DNA of 64,000 nucleotides from Curvularia clavata (Eukaryota): NCBI GenBank assembly GCA_023920165.1, contig CP089280.1, positions 1,860,001 to 1,924,000 of the forward strand, read 5' to 3'. Shown piece by piece: positions 61,846 to 64,000 of this stretch (position 1 is its first letter; each line of letters starts with the position of its first letter). The notes under the pieces were generated by a model. It saw only the letters and a program-made list of their open reading frames with translations, ran no database searches and was not told where the DNA came from. The position numbers and the translations under genes were made by a program.

Positions 61846-63528
61846 TATGATTTTGTGTCTGCTCGAGACCTTCATGGAGTAGTTTGGATTTAGCTACTCA
61901 TGTAAAAAATCTGAGTCTGGCTGCATTGACTCAGCTTCCACCATTCACCAAAGGCTTGGTTCGTATTGTTCGTTGAGAAGTCCCACCACTGCAACACGCT
62001 TGTTTTTTTGTTTTTTTTGCTTCTGCTTCTGATCAGGTCTATTCTCCCAGAAACATTCTCTAGAGACCGCACAACTTACACGACGAGGTTTCTAATTTTG
62101 CCCGCCACACAAGGAGATGCACGCCGCTAACATGATTCGTAACTCGTCGGAGACTTAGGCTTACTACGCAGGCATTATTTCCCGTCGACCTGTAGGATTT
62201 TTGTGTCAGCACTTTGCCACGGATCAGGCCCCCTCGGAAATTTAGTGTTCTCGTGGGGTGGAGTCAGCAGCGGTTTCAAACCTCCAAAGTCCGTCGGTTT
62301 ACTAAGGATCAATTCGAGAGAGCGTTAAATGTGGTAAAGATTATATACTTCCCTTGAAAAACAGACAAAAGAAGGTAAACGCAGAAGCACTATACACCGT
62401 TAGCTGTTCGATGATGGTGACAAAAAAAGTAATCCAAGTTGCACTTGTACAACGTTCAACGTCTTCTATGTCAACATGCGCGGTGACGCTCACGTCATCT
62501 TCGTTTTTTTTTTCACTCACGTTCAATCTTTAGTAGGCAGATGTAATAACTCTAATCCCCAATTGGCTCGTTAGGGGTAAGTTATATTAGGTAGAAATCT
62601 CCTATAATCGCATTTCCTTGGATTATTTCGTGATCAGAGAGGTTTCAGCCAGAAACTTACCACAACGGGCGCTCGCAAATCTGCCGGACCACTGTCCCCT
62701 ACGCAGTAACCTCTTCAGGGTTTGGCTTCGCGCGGACATTGCTAATTATACACACCCTCAGATACTTTAGTCGCTATGTTACTTATGACACAGAATTGCT
62801 GCTGCCTGAATGCCAAGGGTGCCAACGACGCTACCTTAGTCCTCCCTTTGTATGCGTCATGGACTAATGGTCCTCCTGAGGCCGCCTTTGCCTATCGTCA
62901 ACAAGGCAGAATTACGACCGCACACCGCGCCGCCAATTCGTGCTAGCAGCGGTGATGATATCCCGCTGCGGTATAACTGGGGATATAAGGCGGCCAGGTA
63001 GGTTTCCCGGGTACCATGAACTCGATTTGGAAACGGGTGGGGGCCAAACGGCGCATCTCTCTCCACTCACGCTGCAAGATCGCGGCCCCCGAACATGACC
63101 GTATCAGCCCTCTCGCTGCCTTCCGCGCTTCTGGTTGTCTGCCTAGCGCAGAGACAGGGGGCTGTGCTGAGTCCTTGTATTCCTGTTGGCTGGAAGGGAT
63201 CGTTCATCGCCAGTTCGGCTGGTGTGATTGGCTGCATAGACGTTGCCTGAGGCTGAGACAAAATCAGCCATTTTCTCAATTGGGATGTGCCGCCGTTCCT
63301 TAGCCTGAGGCGCTGATGAGGGACCTCAATCTTTCCCCACAATCAGCTGGTGGCTATGTTGCTGTGTATCTATAAGATACCTATGTCTTGCAATATGTCT
63401 TTACTACCTTATCCCAGTATCTTGAGACGGCAGTGCCGGTACATCTCAAAGGAGAACTTAAGAGAACAATCTCTTGATATTACATTTCGAAAATCGTCAG
63501 TCGAGAAGCGACTGAGGTGATTAATCAG

Positions 63529-64000
63529 ATGTCGGCTCTAGAGCGGCAGCCGTTGCTGGACGAGAAGATTGCTCTCGACTTCGAGGAGCATATCAGTAAT
63601 GATGGCCTGGAATATACCGAAAGAGCTGGAAGAAGAAGCATACGAGACACCCTCTGCAAAGCCATTGTGCTACCACTAATTTTTGGGCTTGCTGTATACG
63701 GATCGTATACTCTTTGCAGACAACATTTCCGCTCGAACACACATTCATCGACGCAGCCCATCGCACAATCTAACTCTTTCAATTACACTTGTGTACCCGG
63801 ACAACCTTGCTGGCCGTTGACAGAGGAGTGGAACGCCTTCAACAAGAGCATCAACGGTCATCTCAAACTCACAGTACCCTGGGCCTCGGCATGCTATCTT
63901 GATTCGTCCAGCAAGGAGTGTCAGAACATCAAAAGGAATTATGGCGACGGGGCGTCACGATCGACACATTATGGTTCCACAGAGTTCCTAGATTGGGAGA
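63529..64000 (+). CDS. FAD-linked oxidoreductase (isoamyl-alcohol-oxidase-like N-terminus), 3' end outside window
   Basis: Open to the window end: MSALERQPLL..(TM)..TCVPGQPCWPLTEEWNAFNKSINGHL..PWASACY, a typical CxPGxxCWP N-terminus. Confidence 0.75.
   Translation, partial: MSALERQPLLDEKIALDFEEHISNDGLEYTERAGRRSIRDTLCKAIVLPLIFGLAVYGSYTLCRQHFRSNTHSSTQPIAQSNSFNYTCVPGQPCWPLTEEWNAFNKSINGHLKLTVPWASACYLDSSSKECQNIKRNYGDGASRSTHYGSTEFLDWE

Noticed and set aside
61846..63528. Possible tRNA or ncRNA in the long intergenic region
   Set aside because: No cloverleaf or A/B-box pattern recognised by eye. tRNAscan-SE or Infernal would be needed.

Overview
Intron-containing fungal DNA from a filamentous ascomycete; gene style suggests a Dothideomycete/Pleosporales, which is an inference. 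About 26 protein-coding genes. 1-15.4 kb is accessory-type: amidase, DUF2231, HET-domain protein, a secreted protein with three Cys-rich repeats, GMC oxidoreductase, PTH11-like membrane protein and carboxylesterase. 16.9-37.3 kb is mostly housekeeping: AP1/Yap1, SPF30, PAN2, COQ3, MRPL27, UTP14, GH81 glucanase and VCX1. 39.3-55.3 kb is a 7-gene secondary-metabolism-like island (Zn2Cys6 TF, MFS efflux pump, P450, FAD/BBE oxidase, DUF1772, SDR, second Zn2Cys6 TF) with no PKS, NRPS or terpene core gene in the window. A CGGA-NN-TCCG palindrome occurs in the promoters of six of its seven genes. Its P450 carries an in-frame stop, and its FAD oxidase lacks the usual flavin-attachment His and Cys. 58.5-64 kb holds TUF1, EHD3 and a partial FAD-linked oxidase. 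No rRNA, tRNA, CRISPR array or intact transposon was recognised. Exon boundaries were read by eye from GT-AG and branch-point signals, and family calls come from motif recognition, not database searches.
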